From the IMG/VR virus record IMGVR_UViG_3300028845_000223, positions 2,547 through 66,546 of that record: a stretch of DNA of 64,000 nucleotides. One strand, given 5' to 3'. Position numbers and translations under genes: made by a program. Below, piece by piece: positions 1 through 12,310 of this stretch; the stretch's first letter is position 1, and every line of letters starts with the position of its first letter. Under the pieces are notes generated by a model. The model was not told where the DNA came from and did not search any database. It saw nothing but the letters and a program-made list of their open reading frames with translations. Origin of the DNA: a virus.

Positions 1-1315
1 CTAACTGCATCTCCAAATTTCGAAACTATTTCTTCTTGTTTGGAAAACTTTGACCTTGCTTTAGTTATTGTTTTTTCTGCGCGACCACAAACCCAACATT
101 TTCCTTTGGTAAAATGAGTATGGTTTGGATTTTTACACTTTTTTCGTTTAACAGGAGGACTGTTTTCCTCAACGTAATCCTTAAATAATTTTCTTTGAAA
201 TCTAATAAAAGCTTGTTCTAAAGAAGAATCTTCTCTTGAAAAACTCAACGAAACAAACATTGATCCGTTTTGCTGTTCTTCTGCATATCCTGTTTTTACT
301 TCTATTAAAACCTTTTTATTTTTCATGTTTGTTTTAGTACCTTACTATAATCCTTTAAAAGATTTGTAGCACTTTTTTTACAAAGAAAAACACCAGTTAG
401 TCCATATAATTTCTTGTTGTGTTCTAATTCAACTTCTATTTGTTTGACAACTTCAGAAATAAAGTTTTCTACAAGTTTGTCTTTTATTAGATAATCAGAA
501 ATAGAATATCCTTTTGGTAACATTAATTCCAATGTTAATTTAACATCTGGATGTATGTCCATCATTTCTTTTTGATTGTTTTTACGTTTTCTTTAAACAA
601 ATCCCAGTTAACTTGCTCTTCAAAACTATTAAGTTTTGTTCTTAGCCGCTTTGAACTTTCTTCGCCTCCAACAGAAACAATAATTCGTTTTTCATTTCCA
701 AAATCAAACCTATATGTTTTTCTTTGATCCATTTTATTTAACCTTTTTTTCTTGTTTGGCTCTTAAAGTTTCAACAATTGATTGTTCGAAATAAACATTT
801 TCATAAATTGTTTCAAATTCAAAAAAGGTTTGATAAAAAATAAAATCTTCATCTTTTGTCGAAAATTCATATTCTAGTTTCCTACGATCAATTTCTATTT
901 CAGAAATAGACTGATAGTCTTTGTTTGCAAACTTTTGCAAATTTGGGCAAACAACAGTTTTTAAGTGCTGCTTCATACCTTTTAAAGAATTTACAGAAGT
1001 GTAATAACTTTCTTGGTAAACTTTGTAACAACCAAGAGAATAACTCTCGCCGCTATTGTCATGAAAAGCTAAAATAGTTCTCCAAGTATTATCTTCATAA
1101 TCTTCGCTTTCTAATATAGAGACTTTGCCTTTATCCAAAACCTTGATTTTATCTTTAAACCAAAGAGTTAGTTGTTCAACCGCATCAGCTTCACCTGCGT
1201 ACGAGAACAAGCAGTTTTGCAGCCTTATATAGAACATGGTTTTGTTGCCTCGCTTAAAACCGCAAAACAACGAGTCCAGCTCGTTGCTTCTTATACTTTA
1301 ATTATTATCTTAAAA

Positions 1316-1726
1316 TTATGGATTATGTATCCAAACAGAAAATACTGTTAGCGGAATAACTTCATTGTTTTGGTTAACCGCATAAACGGTTACTTTACAA
1401 ACTCTGCCCTCTGTATTTTGTTCAAGTACAGAAAGTCGCCCGTAACAATGGTTTGGAGGAATTGTGATAAAAGGCATTCCAAAATTATCAAGCTCTATAT
1501 CAGAGCTAATAAATTCATATCTGCAATATTCTCCTGTTGGGGTTTGTTCTAAGGTTACAAACCCATTTGGTATTGGTTGCCCAAACCATTGATTCATTTG
1601 GATTTTATTATCTAATGCAATATGAAAAGTTTTTTCGCTTTCATTAATGTAATTGTTTCTTGGTTGTGGCAGAGGAACACCACAAGATATTAATAAAAAA
1701 GAAAGAAATAAGAAAAGATGTTTCAT
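1316..1726 (-). CDS. Putative lipoprotein
   Basis: MKHLFLFLSFLLISC: basic residue, hydrophobic stretch and lipobox Cys. Confidence 0.6.
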   Translation of the reverse strand: MKHLFLFLSFLLISCGVPLPQPRNNYINESEKTFHIALDNKIQMNQWFGQPIPNGFVTLEQTPTGEYCRYEFISSDIELDNFGMPFITIPPNHCYGRLSVLEQNTEGRVCKVTVYAVNQNNEVIPLTVFSVWIHNP

Positions 1727-1972
1727 ATGATTAAATATCAAATTCTTGCTCGTATTCTAGTTTTTCTGCTGGAAAGGTTCCTTGTGTTTTGCCGCAATCA
1801 AGACAAACAGAAATCGAAACAAGATTTTTTCTGTCTCCGCGAATTGGATTTGGAACATCGCCAACGATCTTTGGACCGTTTCCCATTTGATAAACAAAAC
1901 TGTTTGTTTCTGTTGTCGCGTTTAGAACGCGTTTTGAACCACAGTGTTGACAAACCTTCATTTTGTTTTCCT

Positions 1973-2503
1973 TTACCCTTTGGTTACGTTTAGATCGTCG
2001 TTCACAACTTCAGCTTCGTGGTGAATCATTAACCAAATTTCATCCATAACAAAAGTTTCCAATAGGTTTTTAATCAAAAATGGAGCGTTAATATCAATAT
2101 TAACACGCATGATTCTTTCCGTTTTATCATTGTCAAACGGGGCAAAAACTACTTCCCCGTTACAAATAAATCTATTGTTCAACTGAGGAAATCCGACCAA
2201 AGAAATATCAAACATTCCAGTTTGAGTTTCGTAGTCAAAAGAAACCGTTTCTTCCCATTCAATTTTTTTGTCCGCAATATAAGGTTTAAAAATCTCGGGA
2301 ATTTTGGTTTCGCTTATGTTTAATAAAAACCTTCTTGTAATTACTTTAACGTTTTTTCCAGTTTTACTTTGACTTTGAGTTAATGAAACCAAACTAAATT
2401 TCTTAAATGGCATTTGTTTGATTAACTCTTCATTCGAAAAGTAATCCTCAAGAAGAACATTCATTCGACAATTGAATTTTGTTCTTATTTGCCTCGTTTT
2501 CAT
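1973..2503 (-). CDS. DUF2505/SRPBCC (START-like) fold protein, tentative
   Basis: Length and pattern (IPEIFKPYIADKKIEWEETVSFD...FICNGEVVFAPFDNDKTERIMRVNIDINAP) resemble DUF2505-type proteins. Confidence 0.4.
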   Translation of the reverse strand: MKTRQIRTKFNCRMNVLLEDYFSNEELIKQMPFKKFSLVSLTQSQSKTGKNVKVITRRFLLNISETKIPEIFKPYIADKKIEWEETVSFDYETQTGMFDISLVGFPQLNNRFICNGEVVFAPFDNDKTERIMRVNIDINAPFLIKNLLETFVMDEIWLMIHHEAEVVNDDLNVTKG

Positions 2504-3619
2504 CTTACTTTTATTTCCAGGGCAACAACTTCTTTGGTTGTGATCTCTTCGAGAATAAAATATCTCCATTCATATGTTGACTCTGTAAATAAAACCTTCC
2601 ACATATCTTTATTCGCATCATCTATTTTTGCTATCGAGCCTTTTATTTCAGAAAAATTTTTTCTTTTTTCTTGCCAGTTAAAAAGTTTTTTTCTGAAACT
2701 AACACTTGAAGTTTTATCAGAACAGACCAACAAGTTTTGTAAACTTTTAACAAGGTATGTGTTTTCGCCAAGTGTTTTAAACATTGGCATTGTTAAAACA
2801 TCAGATAACAAAGGAGCTTTTAATCTTTTATTTTCAATCCAATTTTCAATTAGTTCCATTTTAAGATTTTCAATTTTAGAGGCATTTTCTTTAAATTTTT
2901 TATTAATGCTTTCTTTAAGATCGGAAAGCATGTTAATGTCAAAACATAAAACGTTTTTAACAACATTAATTTTTTTGTTGTTGATTATATAATCAACAAA
3001 ATAATAATCTGTTTTCAGAGAAACATTTTCGTCTACCAAAGTTTTAAGTTCAATTTGTTTCTTTTGTTTTTCTTCTTTGTTCATTTTTTAAAATCTTTTC
3101 AAGTATAAAAATGAGTCAAGATTTTTATTGTAAATTAAAAACATATCGTTATAAATCTGTTGAACACCAACACATCCATCCAGTTCATTTGGTGATTTAA
3201 TAAAATCTAAAGTTCCGCGATCAAATGGAAGTTGATAAAGTCTTTTAAATTTAAAAACTTCGCTGTCAAACTTATAATAAATTAAATCTTCAACGTCTTT
3301 TCTATGAACTTGTTGTTTATATATTTTCACCCCTATTGGCAAACATTGAATTATTGCTTCAATTGGTCGACGAGAGAGTTTATTTGACCTGTTAAGAATG
3401 CTATCAAGAAAAAGTTTTTTTTCTTCTTCGATTAGTTTATTAAGCTCAAAAGACTTTGACGCGCGATCAGACTCTTTATTGTCTTTAATTACAGAAATTG
3501 TACTATCCTCATATCTTACAATATCTTGGACAGCAGGTAAATCTAAATTCTTTTCGAGAACTTCAAATACTTTTATTTCTTTCTCTAATGTCGTCAGTTC
3601 ATCGTGGAGCGATCTTATT

Positions 3620-4018
3620 TTATTTCTTTGTGTAGGATTCATAGACAACTTTTTCTCCAAGATAAAGTTCGCCGAATTTTTCGGCTGAACCTATTCCTTT
3701 CTTTGAATCGATATAATAAAACGTTTTTCTTCTATATGGATCATAAGAAATCTTTGTCTTAAATCTAGGCGGCCTCAAATCTAGATTTAATTCAGAAATA
3801 AAACCTTCGACAAAAGCATGAACATTTTTTCTTTGCTGGGAAACTACTCGTAGTCTGCCTTTTTCAGAAACAGTGAACTTACAATCTTTTAAGAGAATAC
3901 TATTAGCATAGCCAGCAATTCGATTGCCTTGTTTTATTGACCAACAAGATTTGTTTAGATTCCAATATATCTTAACTTTTTTCGTTAAATCTATTGTTTT
4001 ATTTTCTTTATTTGTCAT
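3620..4018 (-). CDS. Conserved phage hypothetical protein
   Basis: KVKIYWNLNKSCWS...GRLRVVSQQRKNVHAFVEG pattern recalled from many phage genomes. Confidence 0.6.
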   Translation of the reverse strand: MTNKENKTIDLTKKVKIYWNLNKSCWSIKQGNRIAGYANSILLKDCKFTVSEKGRLRVVSQQRKNVHAFVEGFISELNLDLRPPRFKTKISYDPYRRKTFYYIDSKKGIGSAEKFGELYLGEKVVYESYTKK

Positions 4019-4029
4019 TTATTCAAAAA

Positions 4030-4692
4030 CTACTCAACTCTCACAGTTTTAGAAATAGAAAGAATGGTACAAGTGTCAAAAGAATTTTCGGTCAAAACAC
4101 TTGTTACCCCGCTACAGGTTTGCATAATAATTCTTGTTGGGGCAGAACCACAAGAAACAGAAAAAGAAAACACAAGGTCTTGAGGACCACTATCCGCGAT
4201 ACCCTCAATGTTTTGATGAATAACAGAAAATCTATTCAAAAGAACATAAGAACAGCCAGAAGGAAAAATTCTACCAAAATTATCTCCAGCTGTCGCATAG
4301 TTTCTAATTCTGTTTCCTATTATCCTCATCGTAGGATTAATTCCTGCATCGGTTGAAATCTCCACGGAATTAAATTCAATTACTCCCTCATATCCTCCAT
4401 CAGAAGTTCGATACAAAACATTTGTTTCTCTTGCCGCGGCATCTGCCCTCGAAGAATCCGACCCCGAATCGGAAGAATCCGAAACAGAAGCATCTGATTC
4501 CATAACAGAAGAGTCTTCTTCAATAACCGAAGAATCTGCATCTTCTGAAACCATTTGAGAATCAGGAAATTGCCGTGAATCTACGGAGGCATCAGAAGAT
4601 TCGCGATCGGGCATTTCCATTGTTGGATTGCCGCAGGCAATCAAACCAAAAACCGCGATCAGCGAGAGATACTTGTTTTGAGAGATTTTCAT
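4030..4692 (-). CDS. Lipoprotein with Asp/Ser-rich linker
   Basis: MKISQNKYLSLIAVFGLIAC lipobox, then DAS/DSS low-complexity linker and a Cys-containing C-terminal domain. Confidence 0.65.
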   Translation of the reverse strand: MKISQNKYLSLIAVFGLIACGNPTMEMPDRESSDASVDSRQFPDSQMVSEDADSSVIEEDSSVMESDASVSDSSDSGSDSSRADAAARETNVLYRTSDGGYEGVIEFNSVEISTDAGINPTMRIIGNRIRNYATAGDNFGRIFPSGCSYVLLNRFSVIHQNIEGIADSGPQDLVFSFSVSCGSAPTRIIMQTCSGVTSVLTENSFDTCTILSISKTVRVE

Positions 4693-4783
4693 TTTGTGAG
4701 ACCTTTCTGTTGTGTACACCTCGACATTAACCACCGCAGCGGAGGCGTCAAGCGACATTATGAAACACAATTGGTCTCAAATA

Positions 4784-7700
4784 TTACTCGTCCTCTTCAT
4801 CATCTTCTTCGTCGTCCTCATCGTCAATATCAATATCATCTTCATCTTCGTCTAAATCTTCGTCAGACTCTTCAATTTCTCCATCAAGAATTTCAACCTC
4901 TAAATCAAGAGAATCTTCTGCAATTCGTAACAATTCTAAATTTGACATATTTTGAACGGTTTCTAATGCTTCTTCTTCTGATTCAGCAGAAACTTCTATG
5001 ACTATTTCTTGTTGAAGAAATAAATTTACAGGCACGCCATATGTTTTTATATTCATGTTGTTTTTGTTTGCTCCTTTTTTCAGACAATCTGAAACATTAC
5101 ATTTTTTGGATGCTCTGAATTATATACATTCCTAGTTTCATCTTGGTAATGTGCAACCGTTTTCGACATTTCCTTAAGAAATTCTTGGTGAAGATAGATT
5201 TCATTCATCAAATATTGTGAAAGTTTTACCTTAACTGAAAGGTTCGAATAATTGTTTCCAAGTTGTTTTACTGTAAGAAAGATAGCTGCCCCAATAGTGC
5301 CACATGCAGAAGAATTGCACCTAAGATTTTTATCTTTTGTCACAGAGACGAAAAGGTCTCTTTCTTCTAAAGGAAAAAGAGACGAGACAGGGACAACCTG
5401 AAAAGAAAAAGACTTTTGATAACCGTTGCCCAAAGACATTTCAATTTCAAACGAGAGACTGTCCATTTTTATTTTCCTTTCGCGGTTTAGTTGGGGTGAT
5501 GCACAGGTAGGGTATCCACATCCCCAACCTCTGTAAAGAGAGAATCCCAGGGCAATATACTTTGAAACATGACTTGTCCGTGGGTTTAAACTCAAACAGC
5601 GTTTGCCACGCAGAATTTCAAACAAATTCGGGTTTCAAACACAAAAACATCAAACTAAAACTGAAATTAAATTAAATGCTTATTGCCTCGTTGATTTCTC
5701 CTGATGCTTCTTTAATAGTGTATGAGACACACATACGAATTTGTTTTATATCCTTCTTTTTACAAATACTTTGTTTAAAAGTATTTGAAGGAAATAAATC
5801 ATTTATCGGTAAGTCTGTTTTTTCAGGAATGAAAAGATCTCCAAATCTTAACTTTTCTTCTAGTTCATCTCTTATCTTTTGAAGACTATTCAAAAAATAA
5901 TTTTGATAAAGAAATACATTTTCAAACACACACGAATCTATTTTCTCAAAATTAACGTCACTAAAAAACTCCACATATCGGCTGTTAATTGCTTCAGCAT
6001 ACATTTCTTTGACTTGTGGAAGAAGACAAAAGATAACCAAATCTTGGTTTAAGATATCATCTATATTTTCTTCAATATCATCTGGTTCAAATTCAAAATA
6101 ACCTAATTTATTTTTGATACTCCAATGAGCAAATTTTGAATCATATTCTTCACTATAACTTTTGCTATAGCTAAAGACTAATTCTTTTGGATTGCTTATG
6201 ATAGAATCACAAATCTCCAAAAATAAAATGTGAAGTTGTTCAAGTAGCAATTCTTGCGAGTCATACAAAAAAATTTTAGATTCTCCAAAACAGTTAAGAT
6301 TTAATGCCCAAAGTTTAGACATTGTGATTTGACCAATTAAGCCGCGACAACCCTAACAGGTTGTTTGTCTTCAAAATGCCCAGGAGGAGGAAAAGTATTA
6401 TAACTAACTTCTATGTTTTCAAAGAAAGGATTCTTTACTCTAAAAGAGTTTCTTTCAGTCCTATTGAACTGAAAACCAGATTCTTTTAGTTCTTTTTCTA
6501 ACCGCTCCATCAATGTGTTTAAAACAATTCCAGACATAGGCATAGGTATGTCTATCGAACAGTTGAGTTCTATTTCAGAAATTTTTGTTGCATTAACACT
6601 TTCAAGAAATTCTCGGTTAATTTTTTCATTCCAAGTTTTTATATTCTTTTGAAACAATTCCTCAATCAATTTCATTTTATCTTTTAATATAGTTTCTTTT
6701 GTGGTTGAAAGCTGTTCTAGGGTTATTAGTTTCATGTTTTGTTTTCCTTTTCTTTTTTATGAATTCAGTAACATAATATTTTCAACAATTTTTTCGCGAA
6801 GTGTTTCAAGGACTTCCGAAGTTTTTTGACCTTCTTCTAGGTTTGAAAGAAAAGTATAATCATATTCCGAATAGCGATTGCGTAATGCTGGCTTTAATAG
6901 AATGGAAAGGCGTGCTTGAGCTGGCTTGATTTTTATTCTTTCTTTAACTGAATATGCTTTTAATTTCCAAAGATTGTGTTTTGAAGAAAGCTCTTCATAG
7001 TATTTTTGATACTCTTTGAGAAAATTTTCTGTTGTTTTGAGCACCCAATTATGGATTAGAAGAACTGCCAAAAAAAGGCAAAAGAAAACTAAGGCAAGCA
7101 AACTTTTCACAGACGCAAAAACAGCAGAAACGGCAATTAATAATATTAGTAACACTACCCAAAAATTAGATTTATGTGATACCACAAAAAAAGGAACAAA
7201 TTTCTTTCTGTTTTCGTAGTGGTTTTCATAAAATTCCCTTTCGGTAGTAGGTGTTTTAGGTTCTTTTCCTGCTTCATCTAATTTCGGATAAGAGTTTCGA
7301 TAATCAGCTTCAAACGTTTTTACATTTCCAATTGAATCAATGTCTTTTAAATCAATAAATCGATAAGAATCTGTAATTCTAGTTCGAGAAAGTTTTACTT
7401 CTCCATATCCGTTTAACTTAAACACCTGAATTTCAGGTATTGTTTCTTCATTCATCGTTGGTGTCCTTTACCTTTATGATCTGTTTTGCTCGGAGAATAT
7501 CTCTTTGGAGTGTTAAGAGATATTCAAGGTCGGTTGATCTAATCTCCTGATCGGAAAAATTCCCGAACCAAAACTTTAATCTATATGGAAACATATTCCA
7601 GTCTGCAACTTTGTTATTATATTCTTCTTGTGCTAATGCGTTTTTTCCATGAAAATAAACTTCTTGTTTTTCATAATAAATTTCATAAAAACGGCAAGCC

Positions 7701-8848
7701 AAGAAATGGAAAAAGATTAAAATCGATGTAATAACAACTATTAGTGGCATCTTGGCAACTACAGATGAAATAAATGCTATAAACCATATTAAAACAAGAA
7801 AAACAGGAAGGGCACTATTAAGATCAAAAACCAATAATTTGCTTTCTTGATATTCTTTTTTTGGAGGCAGAAAAGGATGAGAAAAAATAATTTGAAGTCC
7901 TGTTAAGTTTTTAATTTCAATATAGTAACCATCCGATGTTTCAATAAGTTTTTCATCAACTGTATATTGTTTCGTTTTGATTTTCATTTAGTCTGCCTTT
8001 TTCAGATGAGCATAATCTTTTTTTGTTTGAACCCAATCGGTTCCTTTTCTTTCAAATTTCCATTGAAAAAGTTGACCTGTTTCACATGGTCCTTCAAAAA
8101 TAACATAAAGCGGAGCAACAAAAACAATTGTTCCCGTATTTATTACTCTGTTTTCTCTTTCAACATCAATAACATTAACCTTGTCACCTTTAATAAACAA
8201 AGTTAAAGTTTTCTTTTGTTTCATATTTTACCACCTGTCTCGAAAATCAATCATAAGACAAGGAACAAATTCTTCTGTCCCAGGATACTTGCGAACCTCT
8301 AACGTATATTCCATTACAAACTTATGATTTTGCACAAACCAATTTCTAACAATGTCCATAACTTCTTCGAGATTTTCAGAAACATTCTCTCCAGCCACTG
8401 CAAAATCGTGAGATGATCGACCCATTGTTTTAACATTGTTAACAACTTGTTGGGTCAACAAGTCTCGAATAAATTTATTGGCGATTTTTACAGCATCAAA
8501 CTTTTCTGGTTGAGGTTTTCGAGAAAATTTCAAAGTTTCGTAATAACTGCCTTTGGTGATTTCAACGTCTGAATCATTCCCCAAAAACTCTTTGAGTTTT
8601 TCTGGTTGCTTGTCAAAATTTTGACTGTGAAAGCTTACTTCTGAATTAAATGCTGTCTTGTTTAATTCAACAACAGTTGGTTCAATAAGTTTGAAATGAA
8701 AAGAGTAATATGGTTTTATTCCTTTTTCTGCAAAATGTCCTAAAATATCTTGAACTTTTCCTTTAAAAAACCCAACCGTGTGGGTAGATTTCCCTTCCGC
8801 ATCGCCTTCTGTTGTGACAAGCCACAGATTCATTTCTGAGTTTTTCAT
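4784..8848 (-). other. Run of hypothetical ORFs (4784-5056 with acidic tail, 5080-5625, 5672-6322, 6337-6735, membrane-protein pair 6757-7455 and 7448-7987, 7988-8224, 8228-8848)
   Basis: Abutting or overlapping co-oriented ORFs; 6757 and 7448 each carry a central two-helix hydrophobic segment. Confidence 0.7.
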
Positions 8849-8875
8849 TTGGAATTTTTCCTTTGTTTGATGTTG

Positions 8876-8949
8876 TAGGCATGAATGGATTTGAACCATT
8901 GACTTCCCCGTTATAAGCAGGGCACTCTAAACCGCTGAGTTACATGCCT
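8876..8949 (-). tRNA. trnI: tRNA-Ile(UAU)
   Basis: Cloverleaf AGGCATG/CATGCCT, anticodon arm CCCTG-CTTATAA-CGGGG, T-loop TTCAAAT. Confidence 0.9.
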
Positions 8950-9344
8950 GTTGAGTTTTGTTTATCTAACCAAAAACTCTGCAAAAAATTCTACTCCTTT
9001 TTCTCTAACAAACTCTGTATATTCAATTCTCGTGGCGTCAATTAAAACCGTGGGTAAATAAGCACCACTAGCTAGTTTATCTTGAAGTTTCTTAATTGCA
9101 AGAGTATACCGATCAAGATAGTTAGATTCAATAATTTCATTTGAATCATATTGGGATAATCCAGTACCATCAGGTCCATGAGATAAATTAGATTCAAATA
9201 ATCTTTCTTCTTTGCAAAGAAAAAGAAAATCTGCTCCGTTATGGACACAAGCCATATACAAAGCTTTGTCATCCAATTTTTTTATAAATTCCATTGCTCT
9301 TTCGAATTCGCGTGATCCCATGTTTGTTATTCCTTTATTTCTTG

Positions 9345-9426
9345 TGGATGCGGCAAGAATCGAACTTGCTTGCCCATAAGGGCGAGTGATTTACAGTCAC
9401 TTGCGAATCCATTTCGCATCGCATCC
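9345..9426 (-). tRNA. trnY: tRNA-Tyr(GUA)
   Basis: GGATGCG/CGCATCC acceptor, AGTGA-CTGTAAA-TCACT anticodon arm, long variable arm. Confidence 0.9.
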
Positions 9427-10284
9427 TTAGTTAACACCTTGCTTGTCATCGCTCTCGTGTGGTGTTATCACGGACTTTATTTTTTGTTTAGGGATTTGGT
9501 TTGGCCACATAAACAGATTGGAGAAGTCTAACCAAGCAAACGTACAGCGTTTGCAACTGTCCTAGTTTCCTACTAGAAAAAGGTCCGAACAGCCTATTCG
9601 GCTAGGTATTTCCAAACCGACAAGTTTGGGAACATTCTTTATGGATTTTAAATTATTCAGTAACAGAAAGTCTAAGCGTTCCTGTTTTAACAGGAGATTC
9701 ATCATCTGAGTTTTTAAACAATCTAATTTGTGAGTTTTCATAATCCATAGAAATATGAGAAAACATTTCTCCAGGGGGAAAACCAAGCATCGGAACCAAA
9801 AGCTTGCAATTCATAAAACTAAACATAACAGTATCAATTTGATCCCACTCTTCCCAAGAAAAGAGTTGGTTTTCAATATTTTTCTTGAGGTCTTCTGGAT
9901 TCATTTGTTTTATTCTCCTGTGTTTGTGTTTTGTTCGAAGTGAACGGAAGGAAAATAGACAACCATTTTAAGTCCAAAACTATCCCAATTAATTGTTCTT
10001 AAAGAACGAAAGAAATCTTGTTGTTCGATATGGGTTGCCTCATCATCTTCGAACATTTCAAATGCTGTTTTTGTAATTTCGGAGAGAAGATTTCCAAATT
10101 CTTCTGTTGAAGTAACAACCGCCAAACATTGTTTTCCGCACATTCCTTTTCCGCTATAGTTTTTAAGTTCATAACATTCTTCTTCAAAAGAGTCGCTGTT
10201 AATTTTTTCCAAAATCTTTTGAATGATATGCTTTGACATTTATTCTCTCTCTTGATTCTTTTGCGGGTGCCGACGCAGAGACAC

Positions 10285-10312
10285 CTTAGCCATCACACGG
10301 CAACAGTCAAGC
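10285..10312 (-). promoter_or_regulatory. Sigma70-type promoter
   Basis: TTGACT-16 nt-TAAGGT upstream of ORF 9910-10239. Confidence 0.5.
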
Positions 10313-10973
10313 CCCTTCTAAAAGAGCAATTGCTGAATGTTTAACATGAACAACCCTTTCCGTGTTTAGAAGTTTTAATCTTAAAACTGTTTTGTTTTTC
10401 AATTCAGCAATAATAACAGCCAAACCATATTTGGTTTTTACTATTTTATTGGTTAAATCTTTCTGTGCTTCTTTTTTTGAGAAAAGATTTATTTCTGTTT
10501 CGGTTGGGATAAAATTTATTTCGTTATAATTTCCATAAAAAGTTTTGTTTGCAGACTTAACCAAAACAAGAGCAGTTTTTAGTTTTTCATCCCAAGAGAT
10601 AAGTTCTCCAATTTTGTTTCTAATAAGAACAGTCTGTCCCTTAGTTTTTTCTTTTTTCTTATTAGTTTGGCCGCAATATCTTTTCACTGTTTCAAATGTG
10701 AGAAACGTAACTATCGCTTCGTTTCGTTTATCAAAAACAAAGAATAACTTATTTCCTTCAAAATCAATCGTTTTTATTAATGAGTTGTTTGTTTGAATTA
10801 AGACAGTGGAAGCAAATCCATTTTTTGTTAGAGATAGGAGTTTGTCATATTTTTCATCAGTAAGAATGACTCCATATCTCTGATATGCTCTTTTTATAGC
10901 ATGTCGTTTTTGTGATTCTTGATGTTTCATACCTTTTTGGTTTAAGATTAAAACCAAAATAGTTTTGAATTAG

Positions 10974-11045
10974 ATTCACCAGGAAAGCAAAAGGACTAGA
11001 ACTTATCTGATTGTTTGAAGGAAGTCCTTTTATAGCCTAGTGAAT
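10974..11045 (-). ncRNA. Bulged-hairpin RNA family, copy 1 (directly after tRNA-Ile CCA)
   Basis: AUUCACUAG/CUGGUGAAU outer stem, GC/GC pair with UAU and UUUC bulges, AAAAGGACU/AGUCCUUUU stem, UCCUUC loop motif. Confidence 0.75.
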
Positions 11046-11120
11046 TGGTAGTCTGCCGCGGATTTGAACCACGAACTGCTCCCTTATCAAGAGAGAACTC
11101 TACCCTTGAGTTAGCAGACT
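11046..11120 (-). tRNA. trnI: tRNA-Ile(GAU)
   Basis: AGTCTGC/GCAGACT acceptor, CTCTC-TTGATAA-GGGAG, encoded CCA. Confidence 0.9.
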
Positions 11121-11214
11121 AATTTTTATTTCTCGTTTTGGTAGAAGTTTGTTGCTTCTACCGCGGCGATCTACACAGTATAATCACCCGACCGTCTGTG
11201 TCAACTGCCAAGGG

Positions 11215-12294
11215 TCATATGTTTGTTTTTTTAACATTTAAACGCCTTAATTCTTCTTTCAACCAAGAAATAGTGGATATTATCCATTCTTTTCTAAAAA
11301 TTTGCAGTTGCCATTCTCTATTGCAAGGAAGAACTAAAGACTGTTCAAAATTTGAAAGTGATTTCTCATAATTTCCAAGATTGTGATAAGAAAAACCTAA
11401 CATCTCTCTATATTGGTAACAGTCCTGTTCTTTTTTAAGAGAAAGATACTTTTCTAGAAAGTCAATACATTCTTTAAAATTATTTTTTTGTATCATTTCT
11501 AGTGAAGCTTTAAAAGCTGCGTGTTCTGGTAGTGTACTTTTATCACATTTAAAAGCCAATTCTTTGAAAATCGGAACATATTCATTATATCTATATTTCT
11601 TTTCTGGGTGACATAACATTTCATCTGCGAGATAATATCTGCATCGATCAATTAACTCTGGATCAGTTTCAAACCTTAACCAGTTTTTTAAAATTGAAAA
11701 ATTTCTTTCGTTGAAATTTCTTGCTCCATTTGAACGATGAATAACTTTAGATTTTGCAACCAGTTTTGTAAAACTATCTCTTCCATCTTTATGATCCAAA
11801 AATTCATGAACAGGAGTTCTCCAATACCATCCAATTTTATTTTTAACAATTCTTTCTCTAAAGAAGTTTTCGCCTTGAATGCAAACAGTTCTGTCTTCGT
11901 TCCAGCCATACATATATTGCATTGATAAATAATTTCTTTTTCCAGCAGCTTTCAAGGTTTCAAAATCTTTTCGAAACCAATAAATATCATCAATTTGATC
12001 ATCTGTATCCAACCACATAACCCAAGGTTGGGTTGCATAAGAAAAAGATTCTTCTCTCGGTGCCGCGAAAGACATTAGTCTTCCATCCAAATCAAGATAT
12101 TTCTTTCCTGTTGCATACACTTTTTCTGTATATTTTTTAGCAACAGCAACAGAATCATCTGTTGACCCTGTATCAACAACAACAATCTCTTTTACAACAG
12201 GAGACATTTGTCCAAGAATAAAATCTAAATTTTGCGCGTCATTTCTGTTGATCATACACAAAGACAAGTCTAGTTTTTCAGTTTCTTCAGACAT
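11215..12294 (-). CDS. Glycosyltransferase family 2 with C-terminal TPR-like helices
   Basis: LSLCMI..N, IVVVDTGSTD, SFAAPR, W..WLDTDD, W...VHE motifs. Confidence 0.85.
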   Translation of the reverse strand: MSEETEKLDLSLCMINRNDAQNLDFILGQMSPVVKEIVVVDTGSTDDSVAVAKKYTEKVYATGKKYLDLDGRLMSFAAPREESFSYATQPWVMWLDTDDQIDDIYWFRKDFETLKAAGKRNYLSMQYMYGWNEDRTVCIQGENFFRERIVKNKIGWYWRTPVHEFLDHKDGRDSFTKLVAKSKVIHRSNGARNFNERNFSILKNWLRFETDPELIDRCRYYLADEMLCHPEKKYRYNEYVPIFKELAFKCDKSTLPEHAAFKASLEMIQKNNFKECIDFLEKYLSLKKEQDCYQYREMLGFSYHNLGNYEKSLSNFEQSLVLPCNREWQLQIFRKEWIISTISWLKEELRRLNVKKTNI

Positions 12295-12310
12295 TTTTGG
12301 TCTCCTGGTT

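Larger units (their letters stand above)
323..3642 (-). other. Run of tightly packed hypothetical phage ORFs (323-565, 734-1270, 1731-1961 with CxxC pairs, 2500-3084, 3088-3642)
   Basis: Co-oriented, abutting ORFs of 76-194 aa; no recognisable family. Confidence 0.7.
8962..10930 (-). other. Hypothetical ORFs 8962-9321, 9653-9904, 9910-10239, 10307-10930
   Basis: Co-oriented ORFs; 10307-10930 has an H-A-x-x-R-x-x-x-R-Y motif seen in small phage nuclease-like proteins (unconfirmed). Confidence 0.65.

Noticed and set aside
10974-11045. Hairpin family as simple intrinsic terminators
   Set aside because: The stems are AU-rich and bulged with a conserved internal sequence, most lack a U-tract, and most copies lie inside an apparently co-transcribed tRNA cluster. 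Not fully excluded.
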